Of a DNA stretch of 64,000 nucleotides, positions 45,022-54,300 are shown piece after piece; position 1 is the stretch's first letter; every line of letters starts with the position of its first letter. The notes under the pieces were generated by a model that made no database searches, had not been told where the DNA came from, and was given only the letters and a program-made list of their open reading frames with translations. Made by a program: the position numbers and the translations under genes. This stretch comes from an uncultured Spirochaetales bacterium. Its GTDB lineage: Bacteria > Myxococcota_A > UBA9160 > UBA6930. Where the stretch lies: assembly GCA_964460485.1 (NCBI GenBank), contig CAYWRY010000002.1, positions 4,243 to 68,242 on the forward strand. Reading direction: 5' to 3'.

Positions 45022-46667
45022 GCTGCCCGCACGAATGGCAGCTCTCCGCGTACGCGGACGCCGGCCTCGACGCGGCGACGGTACGCGCGCTCGAGACGCA
45101 CCTCGTCGGCTGCGCGCGCTGCCGCCGGCGCGTGATCGCGCTGCGCGACGAGGCGCGCGTGCTGCGCCACCTCGCGCACGAGCGTTTGACCGCGCCCGCC
45201 GCGCCCGCGCCCGCGGGCCGCGGCATCGCCCTCGGCCTACCGACTTCCGTCGCCGCGCTCGCCCTCGCTTCCTTCGCGGCGAGCGCGCTGCAGGGGAGCC
45301 TGCCGCGCCCGGTCCGCTGGCTCGCGCCTTCCGAACGCCTGGGAGTGACCTCCATGTTCTTCGACTTGCTGTTCGCCGTCCGGGAAAGCTTCTCGGCGTG
45401 GTTCGACTTTGCGTTCGCGCTGGCTGCGCTCGGCGTGGCCGCCGGCGTGGCCTATCTCGCGGCCGATCTGCTCGTGCGCCGCTCGCGAGGCGGGGCGCGC
45501 ACCGCGGCGCTGCTGCTCGCGCTGGCCGGCGCCGCCGCGCTCGCTCCGGACGCGGCGCAGGCGAAGATCGAGGTGCGGGAGCAGGACGAGGTGACGGTTG
45601 GCGCCGACGAGACCGTCGAGGGCTCGCTGGTCGCGCTCGGCGACGACGTGACGATCGAGGGGACGGTGCGCGGCGATCTGCTCGCGTTCGGCGACAGGTT
45701 GCGCCTCCGCGGCACGGTCGAGGGCAACGTGTTCTGCGCGGGCGAGAACGTAGAGATCGCCGCGAAGGTGAGCGGCAGCGTGCACTGCGCGGGCTACGAC
45801 CTGGCCGCGGCGCCCGTCGTGAGCGGCAACCTCTACGCGGCGGGGCGCGACCTGTCGGTCGAGGCCGCCGCGCGCGTCGGCGGCGACCTCGCCGTGGGCT
45901 GCAACGAGTGTCTCGTGCAGGGCGAGTCCGCCCGCGACCTGCTCGTCGCCGGCGACGAGGTCGTGCTCGAGGGCCGCGCCGCCCGCGACGTCACGATCCA
46001 CGCGGGCGACGTCAGCTTCGGAGCGGGCGCCAGCTATCCCGGCGCGATCTCCCTCCACATGCCGCAAGGCAAGGAGCCCGAGGTCGCGAGCGGCGCCGCG
46101 CTCGGCCCGATCACGCGCGAGCAGTTGGACGGCGACGGCACCCCGACGCCGATCCGCCGCATCAGCCAGGCCGAGCGCATCCGCGGCCGGCTCGTGCTGA
46201 TCGCGAGCGCCTTCGTGGTGGGCCTCGTGCTCTTCGCGCTCGCGCCGGGGATGTTCGCAGTGCGCGTGGAGTCCACCGGCCGCTTCTTCGGGGCGGTGGG
46301 CATGGGCTTCGCGGTGCTGGTCGTCGTGCCCGTCGCGCTGGTCCTGCTCGCGATCACGGTGCTCGGCATTCCGGCCGCGCTGTTCGGCGCGCTCGTGCTG
46401 GTGTCGCTCGTGTTCGTGGGGCCCGTGGTGGTGGCCGCCGTCGTCGGGCGCGCGGTGATGCGTTCTGGCGGCGAGAGCTTCCGCGACTTCGCGGTCGCGC
46501 TGGGCGTGGGCCTCTTGCTGTTCGGCGTGCTGGCGAGCCTGCCCGCGGTCGGCGGCCTCGCGACGTTCGTGCTCGTCCTCGAGGGCGTCGGGCTGCTCAC
46601 CCTCGCCGCCCACGAGTGGTGGGCCGAGCGCCGCGCGGCGCGGCAGGCGGCGGCCGTACCGCTGTAA
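45018..46667 (+). CDS. Zinc-type anti-sigma factor with a bactofilin-like beta-helical repeat domain and a polytopic C-terminal membrane domain
   Basis: GTG overlaps the sigma stop (GTGA). ZAS motif H-x3-C-x2-C (THLVGCARC). A TM segment is followed by repeated G-x-V/L-x-G units (VEGSLVALGDDVTIEGTVRGDLLAFGDRLRLRGTVEGNVF...), then about 4-5 TM helices. Confidence 0.75.
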   Translation: MSCPHEWQLSAYADAGLDAATVRALETHLVGCARCRRRVIALRDEARVLRHLAHERLTAPAAPAPAGRGIALGLPTSVAALALASFAASALQGSLPRPVRWLAPSERLGVTSMFFDLLFAVRESFSAWFDFAFALAALGVAAGVAYLAADLLVRRSRGGARTAALLLALAGAAALAPDAAQAKIEVREQDEVTVGADETVEGSLVALGDDVTIEGTVRGDLLAFGDRLRLRGTVEGNVFCAGENVEIAAKVSGSVHCAGYDLAAAPVVSGNLYAAGRDLSVEAAARVGGDLAVGCNECLVQGESARDLLVAGDEVVLEGRAARDVTIHAGDVSFGAGASYPGAISLHMPQGKEPEVASGAALGPITREQLDGDGTPTPIRRISQAERIRGRLVLIASAFVVGLVLFALAPGMFAVRVESTGRFFGAVGMGFAVLVVVPVALVLLAITVLGIPAALFGALVLVSLVFVGPVVVAAVVGRAVMRSGGESFRDFAVALGVGLLLFGVLASLPAVGGLATFVLVLEGVGLLTLAAHEWWAERRAARQAAAVPL

Positions 46668-46705
46668 CCGCCGCAGACATCCGTTCGTAGAGGGCGGCGA
46701 GCGGC

Positions 46706-47269
46706 GTGAAGGACGCGAGCGAGCGTGGGGCGCGTTGGCGCGAGTGGATGGCGTCGGCCCAGCGGGGCGACGCGATCGCGTACGAGCGGCTGCTCGAGGA
46801 CCTGCTGCCGTTCGTGCGCGTCCTCGTGCGCGCGCGCATCGGTGAGGATCCGAACGCGGAGGACGTCGTGCAGGAGGTGCTGCTCTCGATCCACACCGCG
46901 CGCCACACCTTTCAGGCCGGGCGCGAGCTCGAGCCCTGGGTGCGCACGATCGCGCGCAACGCGGTGATCGACGCCGTGCGGCGCCGCAGCCGCCAGCGCG
47001 CCCGCGACGCGGGCGTCGACGCGGAGGCGCTGCCCGACGACGCGCGCGAGCGCGCCAGCGCCGAAGCCGCGCCGCTCCCCCGCTCGCTGGCGCGCGCGCT
47101 GGAGCAGCTCCCGGCGGTGCAGCGCGAGGCCGTGCTGCTGCTCAAGGTCGAGGGTCTCTCGGTCGCGGAGGCGGCCGGCCGCGCGCGCACCACGCCTGGC
47201 GCGTTGAAGCTGCGCGCTCACCGCGGCTACAAGCTGCTGCGCGACTTGTTGGGACGGGAACCGGCGTGA
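46706..47269 (+). CDS. ECF-type RNA polymerase sigma factor (SigF-like, paired with NrsF-type regulator)
   Basis: Region 2 (DVVQEVLLSIH, LEPWVRTIARNAVIDAVRRR) and region 4 (LSVAEAAGRARTTPGALKLRAHRG). Start is GTG 46706 or ATG 46748. Confidence 0.85.
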   Translation: MKDASERGARWREWMASAQRGDAIAYERLLEDLLPFVRVLVRARIGEDPNAEDVVQEVLLSIHTARHTFQAGRELEPWVRTIARNAVIDAVRRRSRQRARDAGVDAEALPDDARERASAEAAPLPRSLARALEQLPAVQREAVLLLKVEGLSVAEAAGRARTTPGALKLRAHRGYKLLRDLLGREPA

Positions 47270-47940
47270 CGGGCGATCCCACGCGCGAGCTGATCCGCGA
47301 GCTGGCGAGCGATCTCGCGCCGGTGAGGCCGCTGCCGCGCCTGCGCTTCCTGGCCGCTGTGGTGCTGTGGTCGTGGCTCGCGATCGGTGCCGCGGGCGTC
47401 GCGCTCCAGGGACTCGCGCCGACGTTCTGGCGCTCGCTGGCCGCTCCGCTGAGCAGCGGCGGAATCTTCGCCGGGCTGCTCGGCGCGGGGCTCGGCGGCG
47501 CGCTCGCCGCCCTCGCGCTCGCGATCCCGGGCCGCGAGCGAGTCGCGCGCGTGGGTCTCGCGCTGGGCGGTGGGGGCGCGGCGCTCGCGGCGGGCATCGC
47601 CTGCGCGCTGCTCGCGCGAAGCTCCCTCGCCGCATGGCGCGCGCCGGCCGCCGGCGACTTGCCGTGCCTCGCAACCGCGCTCGCCATCGGCCTCGTTCCC
47701 GCGCTCGCGCTCGGCTGGCTCGCCGGCCGCGCCGCGCCGCATCGCCCGCTCACGATCGCGCTCGCCGCCGCCGCGGGCGCCGCCGCGCTCGGCGGCAGCG
47801 TCGCCCAGGCGACCTGCGCTTGGGGCGAGGCGATGCATCTGCTGCTCGGCCACGCGCTCGTGCCCGCGGTGGGCGCGCTCGCGCTCACCCTGCCGCTGCT
47901 GGTCGCGATTCGGAGGAGCGAGCGAGAGCACGCGCGCTGA
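47266..47940 (+). CDS. NrsF/DUF1109-like six-TM negative regulator of the adjacent sigma factor
   Basis: GTG overlaps the sigma stop (GTGA). The N-terminus LIRELASDLAPVRPL followed by six TM helices is typical of the NrsF family. Conserved Cys residues are present. Confidence 0.7.
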   Translation: MTGDPTRELIRELASDLAPVRPLPRLRFLAAVVLWSWLAIGAAGVALQGLAPTFWRSLAAPLSSGGIFAGLLGAGLGGALAALALAIPGRERVARVGLALGGGGAALAAGIACALLARSSLAAWRAPAAGDLPCLATALAIGLVPALALGWLAGRAAPHRPLTIALAAAAGAAALGGSVAQATCAWGEAMHLLLGHALVPAVGALALTLPLLVAIRRSEREHAR

Positions 47941-47974
47941 GGCCGGGTGGGGCCCGAGCCGATGAGCTCGCGCG

Positions 47975-48724
47975 TCAGGCCAGCGTGCCGCCGTCCATGC
48001 GGATCGACTCGCCGTTGATGTGGATGCCGTCGTCGGAGCACAGCATCGCGATCACGGAGGCGACCACCTCGGGGCCGCGCGCGGTGTCGAGGGGCGTCGC
48101 GCGCGCGACGAGCTTCCAGTCGGCGTCCTTGGGCAGCACGCCGCCGCCGCTCATCGCAGTCTGGATCGAGCCCGGGCACACCGCGTTGCAGCGCACGCCC
48201 TGCTTGCCGAACTCGACGGCGAGCGTCCGTGTGAGCGCCAGCACTCCGCCCTTGCTCGTGCCGTAGGCGGCGCCGTAGGGCATGCCGGCGAGCGCCGACG
48301 TGGAGCTGGTGTTCACGATCGCGCCCTTCGTCATCAACAGATGCGGCAGCGCGGCTTTGCACATCAGGAACGTGCCGGTGAGGTTGACGCGGATCACGCG
48401 CTCGAACTCGGCGAGCGAGATGTCGGCGAGGTGCTTCAGCAGCAGGATGCCGGCGATGTTGCAGAGCGCGTCGAGCTTGCCGAAGCGGTCGACGCACGCC
48501 TGAACCGCGCTGCGCGCCTGCGCCTCGTCGCCCACGTCGCAGGTCTGCGTCGCGACCGTCGCGCCGAGCTTCACGCAGCGCTCGGCGGTCTCCGAGAGGC
48601 CCTCGCGCGCGACGTCGGTCAGGAACAAGCTCGCGCCCTCGCTGGCGAAGCGCTCCGCCGTCGCGCGTCCGATGCCCGCCGCCGCGCCCGTGATCAGCGC
48701 CACCCTTCCCTCGAATCGCCGCAT
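47975..48724 (-). CDS. Short-chain dehydrogenase/reductase (SDR)
   Basis: TGAAAGIG cofactor motif, NIAG, and the catalytic S...YGTSK triad. ATG at 48724 within ORF 47975..48808. Confidence 0.9.
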   Translation of the reverse strand: MRRFEGRVALITGAAAGIGRATAERFASEGASLFLTDVAREGLSETAERCVKLGATVATQTCDVGDEAQARSAVQACVDRFGKLDALCNIAGILLLKHLADISLAEFERVIRVNLTGTFLMCKAALPHLLMTKGAIVNTSSTSALAGMPYGAAYGTSKGGVLALTRTLAVEFGKQGVRCNAVCPGSIQTAMSGGGVLPKDADWKLVARATPLDTARGPEVVASVIAMLCSDDGIHINGESIRMDGGTLA

Positions 48725-48819
48725 CGCACCTCCCGAATCGAACAGGCGACGGACTCGCACGTCTCTCCGTCGCGCCGGCGGCGCGAGCGGAGCGGCGCAG
48801 TCTGGCACACTGCGCCGCC

Positions 48820-51216
48820 ATGCCGATGCCGCTGGCGAGCTTGCGCGTCCTGGACCTCAGCAGCGAGATCGCGGGCCCCTACGCGACGAAGCTGCTGCGC
48901 GACGCCGGCGCGCGAGTGATCAAGCTGGAAGACACCGCGGCGCCCGACCCCCTGCGGCGCTGGAGCGCGTCGCACACCCCGGTTCCTCCCGAAGAGGACG
49001 GGGCGCTGTTTCGCTTCCTGAACGGGGGCAAGCAGAGCGTCGCCGTGGCGCTCGCGAGCGAGTCGGGCCGCGCTCGCCTGCGCGAGCTCGCGGACACCGC
49101 CGACGTGCTCGTGGAGTCGCGCGGCCCTGGCGGCCTTCTCGCCTTCGGCGGGGCCGACGCGCTGCGCTCCGCAAACCCGCACCTCGCCGTCGTCTCGCTC
49201 TCGCCGTGGGGGCTCGAGGGGCCGTGGGCGCGGCGGCCCGCCACCGAGATGACGCAGCAGGCGGCGAGCGGAGCGACCGGCTACCGCGGCCTTCCCGAGC
49301 GCGGGCCGGTCGGCGCAGGCGGGCGGATCGGCGAGTGGATGGCAGGGCCCTTCGTCGCGCTCGGCGCGCTGCTCGCCTGGCTCCACGCGCGCGCCACGGG
49401 CCGCGGCCAGCACGTGGATGTGTCGCAGTTCGAGTGCACGCTCGCGTCGCTCACCACGCTGCACGACCTCCAGGGCCAGCTCCTGGGCATCCCGTCCGCG
49501 ATCTCCATCGACACGCCGTCGATCGAGCCCGCCCTGGACGGCTGGGTGGGACTCACGGCCTACACGGGGCAGCAGTGGAAGGACTTCTGCCTGCTGATCG
49601 GGCGCCCCGAGCTCGGCGAGGACGAGCGCTTCTACGAGGCGCGCGTGCGCATGCACCACCTCGCGTTCGTGCAGCAGGCCATGCACGCGTTCACGAAGCA
49701 GCGCACCGTGGACGAGATCATCCAGCTCGCCGGCGATCTGCGCATTCCGGCGGCGCCGATCGGCGACGGGAAGCGCGTGCTCGAGTTCGACCACCTGCGC
49801 GAGCGCGGCGTGTTCGTGCGCTCGCCCCACGGCGACTTCACGCAGCCGCGCGTGCCGTATCGCCTTTCCGCCTGCGCGCCGCCGCCCTTCGAGCGCGCGG
49901 CGCGCCTCGGCGAGCACACGGCCAGCGCGCGCTTCGACGCCCACGCGCCCGCACCGCCGCCGAGCTGGCGCGCCTCCGCCGCGCGCGGCGAGGCGCCGCT
50001 GGCGGGCCTGCGCATCGTCGACCTCACCGCGTTTTGGGCGGGCCCGATCGTCACGAGCGCGCTGGCCGACCTCGGCGCCGACGTGGTCAAGGTCGAATCC
50101 ATCCAGCGGCCCGACGGCATGCGCTTCGCGGGCGCGGTGCGCAAGGACCCGCTCTGGGAGCGCTCGGCGGTTTTCCACGGCGTGAACTGCAACAAGCGCG
50201 GCATCACGCTCGATCTCGACGCGCCGGAAGGCCGCGAGCTGCTGCTGCGCCTCGTCGACACGGGAGACGTGCTGATCGAGAACTTCTCGGCGCGCGTGAT
50301 GGATCACTTTGGGCTCGGCTGGCAGACGCTGCATGCGCGCAACCCGCGCCTGGTGATGACGCGCATGCCCGCCTGGGGTCTGGACGGCCCCTGGCGCGAC
50401 CGCGTGGGCTTCGCGCCAAACGTCGAGCAGGTGAGCGGGCTCGCCTGGCTGACCGGTTACGAGGATCTTCCGCTCGTGGTGCGCGGCGCGTGCGATCCCT
50501 TCGGCGGCATGCACGCCGCCTTCGCGACGCTGCTCGCGCTGCTGCAGCGCGACGAGACGGGCGAAGGCCAGCTCGTCGAGCTGCCGCTGGTCGAGCCGGC
50601 GCTGAACGCAGCGGCGGAGCAGGTGATCGAATGGACGAAGAACGGCGCGCTGCTGCCGCGCCTCGGAAACCGCGGACCCTACGCCGCGCCGCAGGGGGTG
50701 TATCGCTGCGCGAAGGACGCGCGCGGCGACGAGTGGCTTGCGCTCGCGGTGGCGACGGACGCGCAGTGGGACGGGCTGCGGCGCGCGCTCGGCGAGCCGG
50801 CCGCGCTGGGCGCCGACGCGCTTTGCAGCGCCGCGGGCCGGCGCGCCGCGCACGACGAGATCGACGCGCAGATCCGCGCGTGGTGCGCCGCGCGCGCCTG
50901 CGCCGACGCGGAGGCCGCGCTGCTCGCCGCCGGCGTGCCCGCCGCGGCCTGCGTCGACGCGCACCGCGTGCTGCCGAATCCGCAGCTCGAGGCGCGCGCG
51001 GCGTACACCACGCTCCTGCACCCGGTGACCGGCGCGACACGCTACCCCGAGCTGCCGATGCGCTTCTCCGCGCTGCCGCGCCCGCTGCGCCTCACGCCGC
51101 CGCCGACCCTCGGCCAGCACAACGACGAGGTGCTCGGGGAGCTCGGGCTGTCGGCGGCGGAGATCGCCGCGCTGCGCGCGAAGAAGGTGATCGGCGAGAG
51201 GCCGGCGTGGATGTGA
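48820..51216 (+). CDS. Tandem-fused family III (CaiB/BaiF) CoA-transferase, two complete domains
   Basis: The N-terminal signature occurs twice: LRVLDLSSEIAGPYATKLLRDAGARVIKLE near aa 8 and LRIVDLTAFWAGPIVTSALADLGADVVKVE near aa 395. Confidence 0.85.
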   Translation: MPMPLASLRVLDLSSEIAGPYATKLLRDAGARVIKLEDTAAPDPLRRWSASHTPVPPEEDGALFRFLNGGKQSVAVALASESGRARLRELADTADVLVESRGPGGLLAFGGADALRSANPHLAVVSLSPWGLEGPWARRPATEMTQQAASGATGYRGLPERGPVGAGGRIGEWMAGPFVALGALLAWLHARATGRGQHVDVSQFECTLASLTTLHDLQGQLLGIPSAISIDTPSIEPALDGWVGLTAYTGQQWKDFCLLIGRPELGEDERFYEARVRMHHLAFVQQAMHAFTKQRTVDEIIQLAGDLRIPAAPIGDGKRVLEFDHLRERGVFVRSPHGDFTQPRVPYRLSACAPPPFERAARLGEHTASARFDAHAPAPPPSWRASAARGEAPLAGLRIVDLTAFWAGPIVTSALADLGADVVKVESIQRPDGMRFAGAVRKDPLWERSAVFHGVNCNKRGITLDLDAPEGRELLLRLVDTGDVLIENFSARVMDHFGLGWQTLHARNPRLVMTRMPAWGLDGPWRDRVGFAPNVEQVSGLAWLTGYEDLPLVVRGACDPFGGMHAAFATLLALLQRDETGEGQLVELPLVEPALNAAAEQVIEWTKNGALLPRLGNRGPYAAPQGVYRCAKDARGDEWLALAVATDAQWDGLRRALGEPAALGADALCSAAGRRAAHDEIDAQIRAWCAARACADAEAALLAAGVPAAACVDAHRVLPNPQLEARAAYTTLLHPVTGATRYPELPMRFSALPRPLRLTPPPTLGQHNDEVLGELGLSAAEIAALRAKKVIGERPAWM

Positions 51217-51385
51217 GCCAGCGTGGGGACCTGCGCAGCGTGCGCTGGCAGGACGGAGTGAGTCACGACTCGCAGCCACAGCGACGCTCGGCACGTGCTC
51301 GGGGCGTCGGAGCAGGAATGCGAGGGGCTCCCCGCTCAGGGCGAGCTCGTCGGCCGCGAGGCGTCCGTGCCGCCAGCCGGGCCCC

Positions 51386-51802
51386 CTACCTGCTTCGGTG
51401 CTTGGTTCCCGGACACGGCGTGAGGTAGATCGCGCGCATCGGCTTCCTCACGTTCGCCGTATGCCACACGCCGGCGGGGTTGATGAACGCGCTGCCCGGC
51501 CCGAACGGCGCGCTGCGCGTCTCGCCGTCGATTTCCTGCAGGAGGTCGCCTTCTCCTTCGAGCACGATCACGAGCTCGTCGCCAGCTTCGTGGCATTCCC
51601 AGGCGCCCCAGTCAGTCGGGCTGCTCTCGATCATGGCGAGACGGCCGGGTGCGCCGGCCGGGCAGTGCTTCGCGATGCAAGCCTCGAACGCGGGGCCGTC
51701 GAAGCCGAAGGCGTGGAGACGGGTCGCGGGCGCGGTCGCGTCCGACGGCCAGTGAACCGGCGACTTGGAAAGATCGAAGGGTCCCGTCTCGCGTGCGCTC
51801 AC
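51386..51802 (-). CDS. Cupin-domain protein
   Basis: Cupin beta-barrel segment GDELVIVLEGEGDLL...GPGSAFINPAGVWHTA. GTG at 51802 overlaps the upstream stop (GTGA). It is the C-terminal part of ORF 51386..53701. Confidence 0.7.
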   Translation of the reverse strand: MSARETGPFDLSKSPVHWPSDATAPATRLHAFGFDGPAFEACIAKHCPAGAPGRLAMIESSPTDWGAWECHEAGDELVIVLEGEGDLLQEIDGETRSAPFGPGSAFINPAGVWHTANVRKPMRAIYLTPCPGTKHRSR

Positions 51803-52242
51803 GACACGCCACCTTGCGCCGCCATCGCCTTCTCGAAGCGGCGGCTCAGCTCGTCGCTCGGAACGTCTTCGATGCGCGTGGCAATGGACCAGACGTGGCC
51901 GAAGGGATCCACGAGCGTTCCACGCCGGTCGCCGTCGAACTGGTCGCTGGGCGCCGCGCGCTCGCGCGCACCCGCGCCGCTGGCGCGTGCGTAGACCGCA
52001 TCGACGTCGTCTACGTGGAGGTAGATCGAGACCGCCGAGCCGCCGAGGCGAAGCGGGCTCGCATAGCCCTCGTCCGTGAACTCGTCGGCGAGCATGGCCG
52101 TTCCGTCGCCGAGGCGAAGCTCGGCGTGGGCGACCTTCCCGTCCGGCATCGCGAGCCGGACGACCTCGCGAGCGCCGAACACGCGCGCATAGAACGCAAT
52201 CGCCTCGGCAGCGGGAGAGCCGATCGAGTACGGCACGGGCAT
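51799..52242 (-). CDS. VOC-family (glyoxalase/PhnB-like) protein
   Basis: AIAFYARVFGA..., HAELRLGDGTAMLADEF and the C-terminal DPFGHVWSIAT are typical of the PhnB-like VOC family. RBS is GGAGA. Confidence 0.8.
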   Translation of the reverse strand: MPVPYSIGSPAAEAIAFYARVFGAREVVRLAMPDGKVAHAELRLGDGTAMLADEFTDEGYASPLRLGGSAVSIYLHVDDVDAVYARASGAGARERAAPSDQFDGDRRGTLVDPFGHVWSIATRIEDVPSDELSRRFEKAMAAQGGVS

Positions 52243-52317
52243 GGGAGTCTCCTTCGACGTGGTGCGAGCATCGTTCCCACGCGCGGATCGCGCTTGGACG
52301 AATCCGACGCAGCCGAC

Positions 52318-53175
52318 TCAGCTGGGCGCCGATGGATGTTGCGGGAGCAGGTGCTCGATCGCGGAGGAAGGCGGCACGCCCGCGAACTGCTTCACGTCGC
52401 GCACGAGGTGCGACTGATCGGCATAGCCATGCGCGGGGGCCGCAGTCGCCCAGGTGGCGTGCTCGCCCCTCCTCACGCTCGCCATCAGCGCCTCGAAGCG
52501 CGCAAGCCGTGCGAACAGCTTCGGAGACACGCCGATCTGCTCCGCGAAAGCGCGCTCGAGGCGGCGCTCGCTCCAGCCGAGCTCGCGTGCGAGCGCGGCG
52601 ATGCGGATGCCACCCGCGCTTCGCTCGATCTGCGCGATCGCCCACGCGAGCGCGCGGAACCCAGCGGGCGGCTTTGCTTCGAGCGCGCCCGCGACGAACG
52701 CGTCGACCGCGTCGAGGCGCGCGTCCCACGTCTCGAGCTCCGCGAGTCGCGCGGGGAGTGCGCGATGCGCGCGAGGCAGTGCGTCGGAGGCGCCCACGAC
52801 GCGGTGCGCGAGCTCGGCGAGGGGAATGCCGAGCACGAGCCGCGCCGCGAGCGGCGAGAGGTTGAGCTGAACGCCCGCTTGGTGGCCGTCGTGGGCGGTA
52901 CGCGTCGGGCCGTCGTGGATGCCCGCGACGAACCCGCCGGCGTGCCGCACGCTGCGGCCGGCCTCGCCCACGCGGAGCGGCGCCCCGATCCCCAGGATCA
53001 CGACGACGCTCGCGTTCGCGAACTCGCGTCGCGCGACCTCGCCGGTCGCGCACTCCTCGTAGCCGTACCGGCTGTGCGCGAAGACCGCGCAGTGCGGCGC
53101 CACCGCGCGCTCCGCCACCCGCAGCTCGGATCCCGGCAGCTGGTGCTCGACCAAGCGCGCAGCGCACCGGCTCAA
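52318..53175 (-). CDS. AraC-family transcriptional regulator
   Basis: C-terminal double HTH (IAALARELGWSERRLERAFAEQIGVSPKLFARLARF...GYADQSHLVRDVKQFAGVPP). The TTG start at 53175 is tentative. Confidence 0.8.
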   Translation of the reverse strand: MSRCAARLVEHQLPGSELRVAERAVAPHCAVFAHSRYGYEECATGEVARREFANASVVVILGIGAPLRVGEAGRSVRHAGGFVAGIHDGPTRTAHDGHQAGVQLNLSPLAARLVLGIPLAELAHRVVGASDALPRAHRALPARLAELETWDARLDAVDAFVAGALEAKPPAGFRALAWAIAQIERSAGGIRIAALARELGWSERRLERAFAEQIGVSPKLFARLARFEALMASVRRGEHATWATAAPAHGYADQSHLVRDVKQFAGVPPSSAIEHLLPQHPSAPS

Positions 53176-53178
53176 CGC

Positions 53179-54300
53179 TCACCTCGCGGGGTCGAGCACT
53201 TCCTTGAAGCCGTACCGAACGTGCGGCCCGATCGCGATCTGCTCCAGCACGCCGATCCCGCGCTGGTTCCCCATGCGGACCTTCATCACCTGCTGGATGT
53301 GCTGGTTCTCCATCGCCATCTCGTTCACGTCGGCGAGCCGCCAGCTCTCGCCGGCGATCGCGAGCTCGCCCTTCCAGCGTCCATGCCCCCACTCGGGATG
53401 CGAGTAGCCGATGCCCTTCATGCGGAACGCGAGGGTGGGCTCCATGGCGATCTCGAGCCGCTCGCCGTTCTGCTTGTGCAGCGTGAGCTCCGCGCCGCCG
53501 GCACGGCGCGTGCCCGGCACGTAGACGAGCCGGTGCTCGGCGCCAGCGAGTAGCTCGGTTCCGGGATCCTCGACGCCGGGAATCTGCTTCGGGTCGTCGT
53601 AGACCGGGCAGATCATCCCGTCGAAGTGCCAGGGCTGGCCCCAGCGATCTTCGAACAGGCACATGTGCGTGCACTTGTCGGACCAGTGCAGGGGTGCCCA
53701 CAGGAAGAAGAACTGCGGCGGTGCCTGCGGCGGCGCGCCGGCCGGGTCGCCTTCACCCACCGGCCGGATGCCCCAGGAGCGGTCCTTCGTGCCGTAGTTG
53801 CGGCTCGGGTCCAGGCGCAGCGTCTTGCCCGCATAGCGCAGCTCGCCCTGCCAGCGGCCGAACTGATTGAAGCGCGTGGCGTCCATCAGCCCCTTGCCGC
53901 GCCCGTGGGTCTGGCGGCCCTCCTCGATGTTCGCGGTGCGCGGGATCCACAGCAGCTCGCCGCTGATGCCAGTGCTGTTGTCGTCGACGGTGACGCGCAG
54001 CGACATCATCGGCTCGAGGATCTCGATGCGGAACGGCCCGACGACCAGGTCGCTCGGCTCGCGCGGCGCGCGCCGCGAGGCGTGAAAGGCGTGCTGCTCG
54101 CCGTCGATGGCGAGCGAGACGCCGCAGTCCATGATGCCGAGGTTCGGGTAGACCGCGGCGCCGATGCCCAGATACCAGCTGCCGTCGTCGGCGTAGCCGT
54201 TGAACCAGTAGCGGTCGTAGGCGTTCCGGCTGGCGGTCGCGACGTGGAGGATCGGCTCGGGAGTCTGGTGAATCGGGAAGTCGTCGAAGCGGCTCAGCAT
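53179..54300 (-). CDS. Conserved hypothetical protein (373 aa, soluble, beta-rich)
   Basis: Clean ORF from the ATG at 54300 (MLSRFDDFPIHQTPEP...), with coding-like composition and a DRSWG motif. No family confidently recognised. Confidence 0.7.
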   Translation of the reverse strand: MLSRFDDFPIHQTPEPILHVATASRNAYDRYWFNGYADDGSWYLGIGAAVYPNLGIMDCGVSLAIDGEQHAFHASRRAPREPSDLVVGPFRIEILEPMMSLRVTVDDNSTGISGELLWIPRTANIEEGRQTHGRGKGLMDATRFNQFGRWQGELRYAGKTLRLDPSRNYGTKDRSWGIRPVGEGDPAGAPPQAPPQFFFLWAPLHWSDKCTHMCLFEDRWGQPWHFDGMICPVYDDPKQIPGVEDPGTELLAGAEHRLVYVPGTRRAGGAELTLHKQNGERLEIAMEPTLAFRMKGIGYSHPEWGHGRWKGELAIAGESWRLADVNEMAMENQHIQQVMKVRMGNQRGIGVLEQIAIGPHVRYGFKEVLDPAR

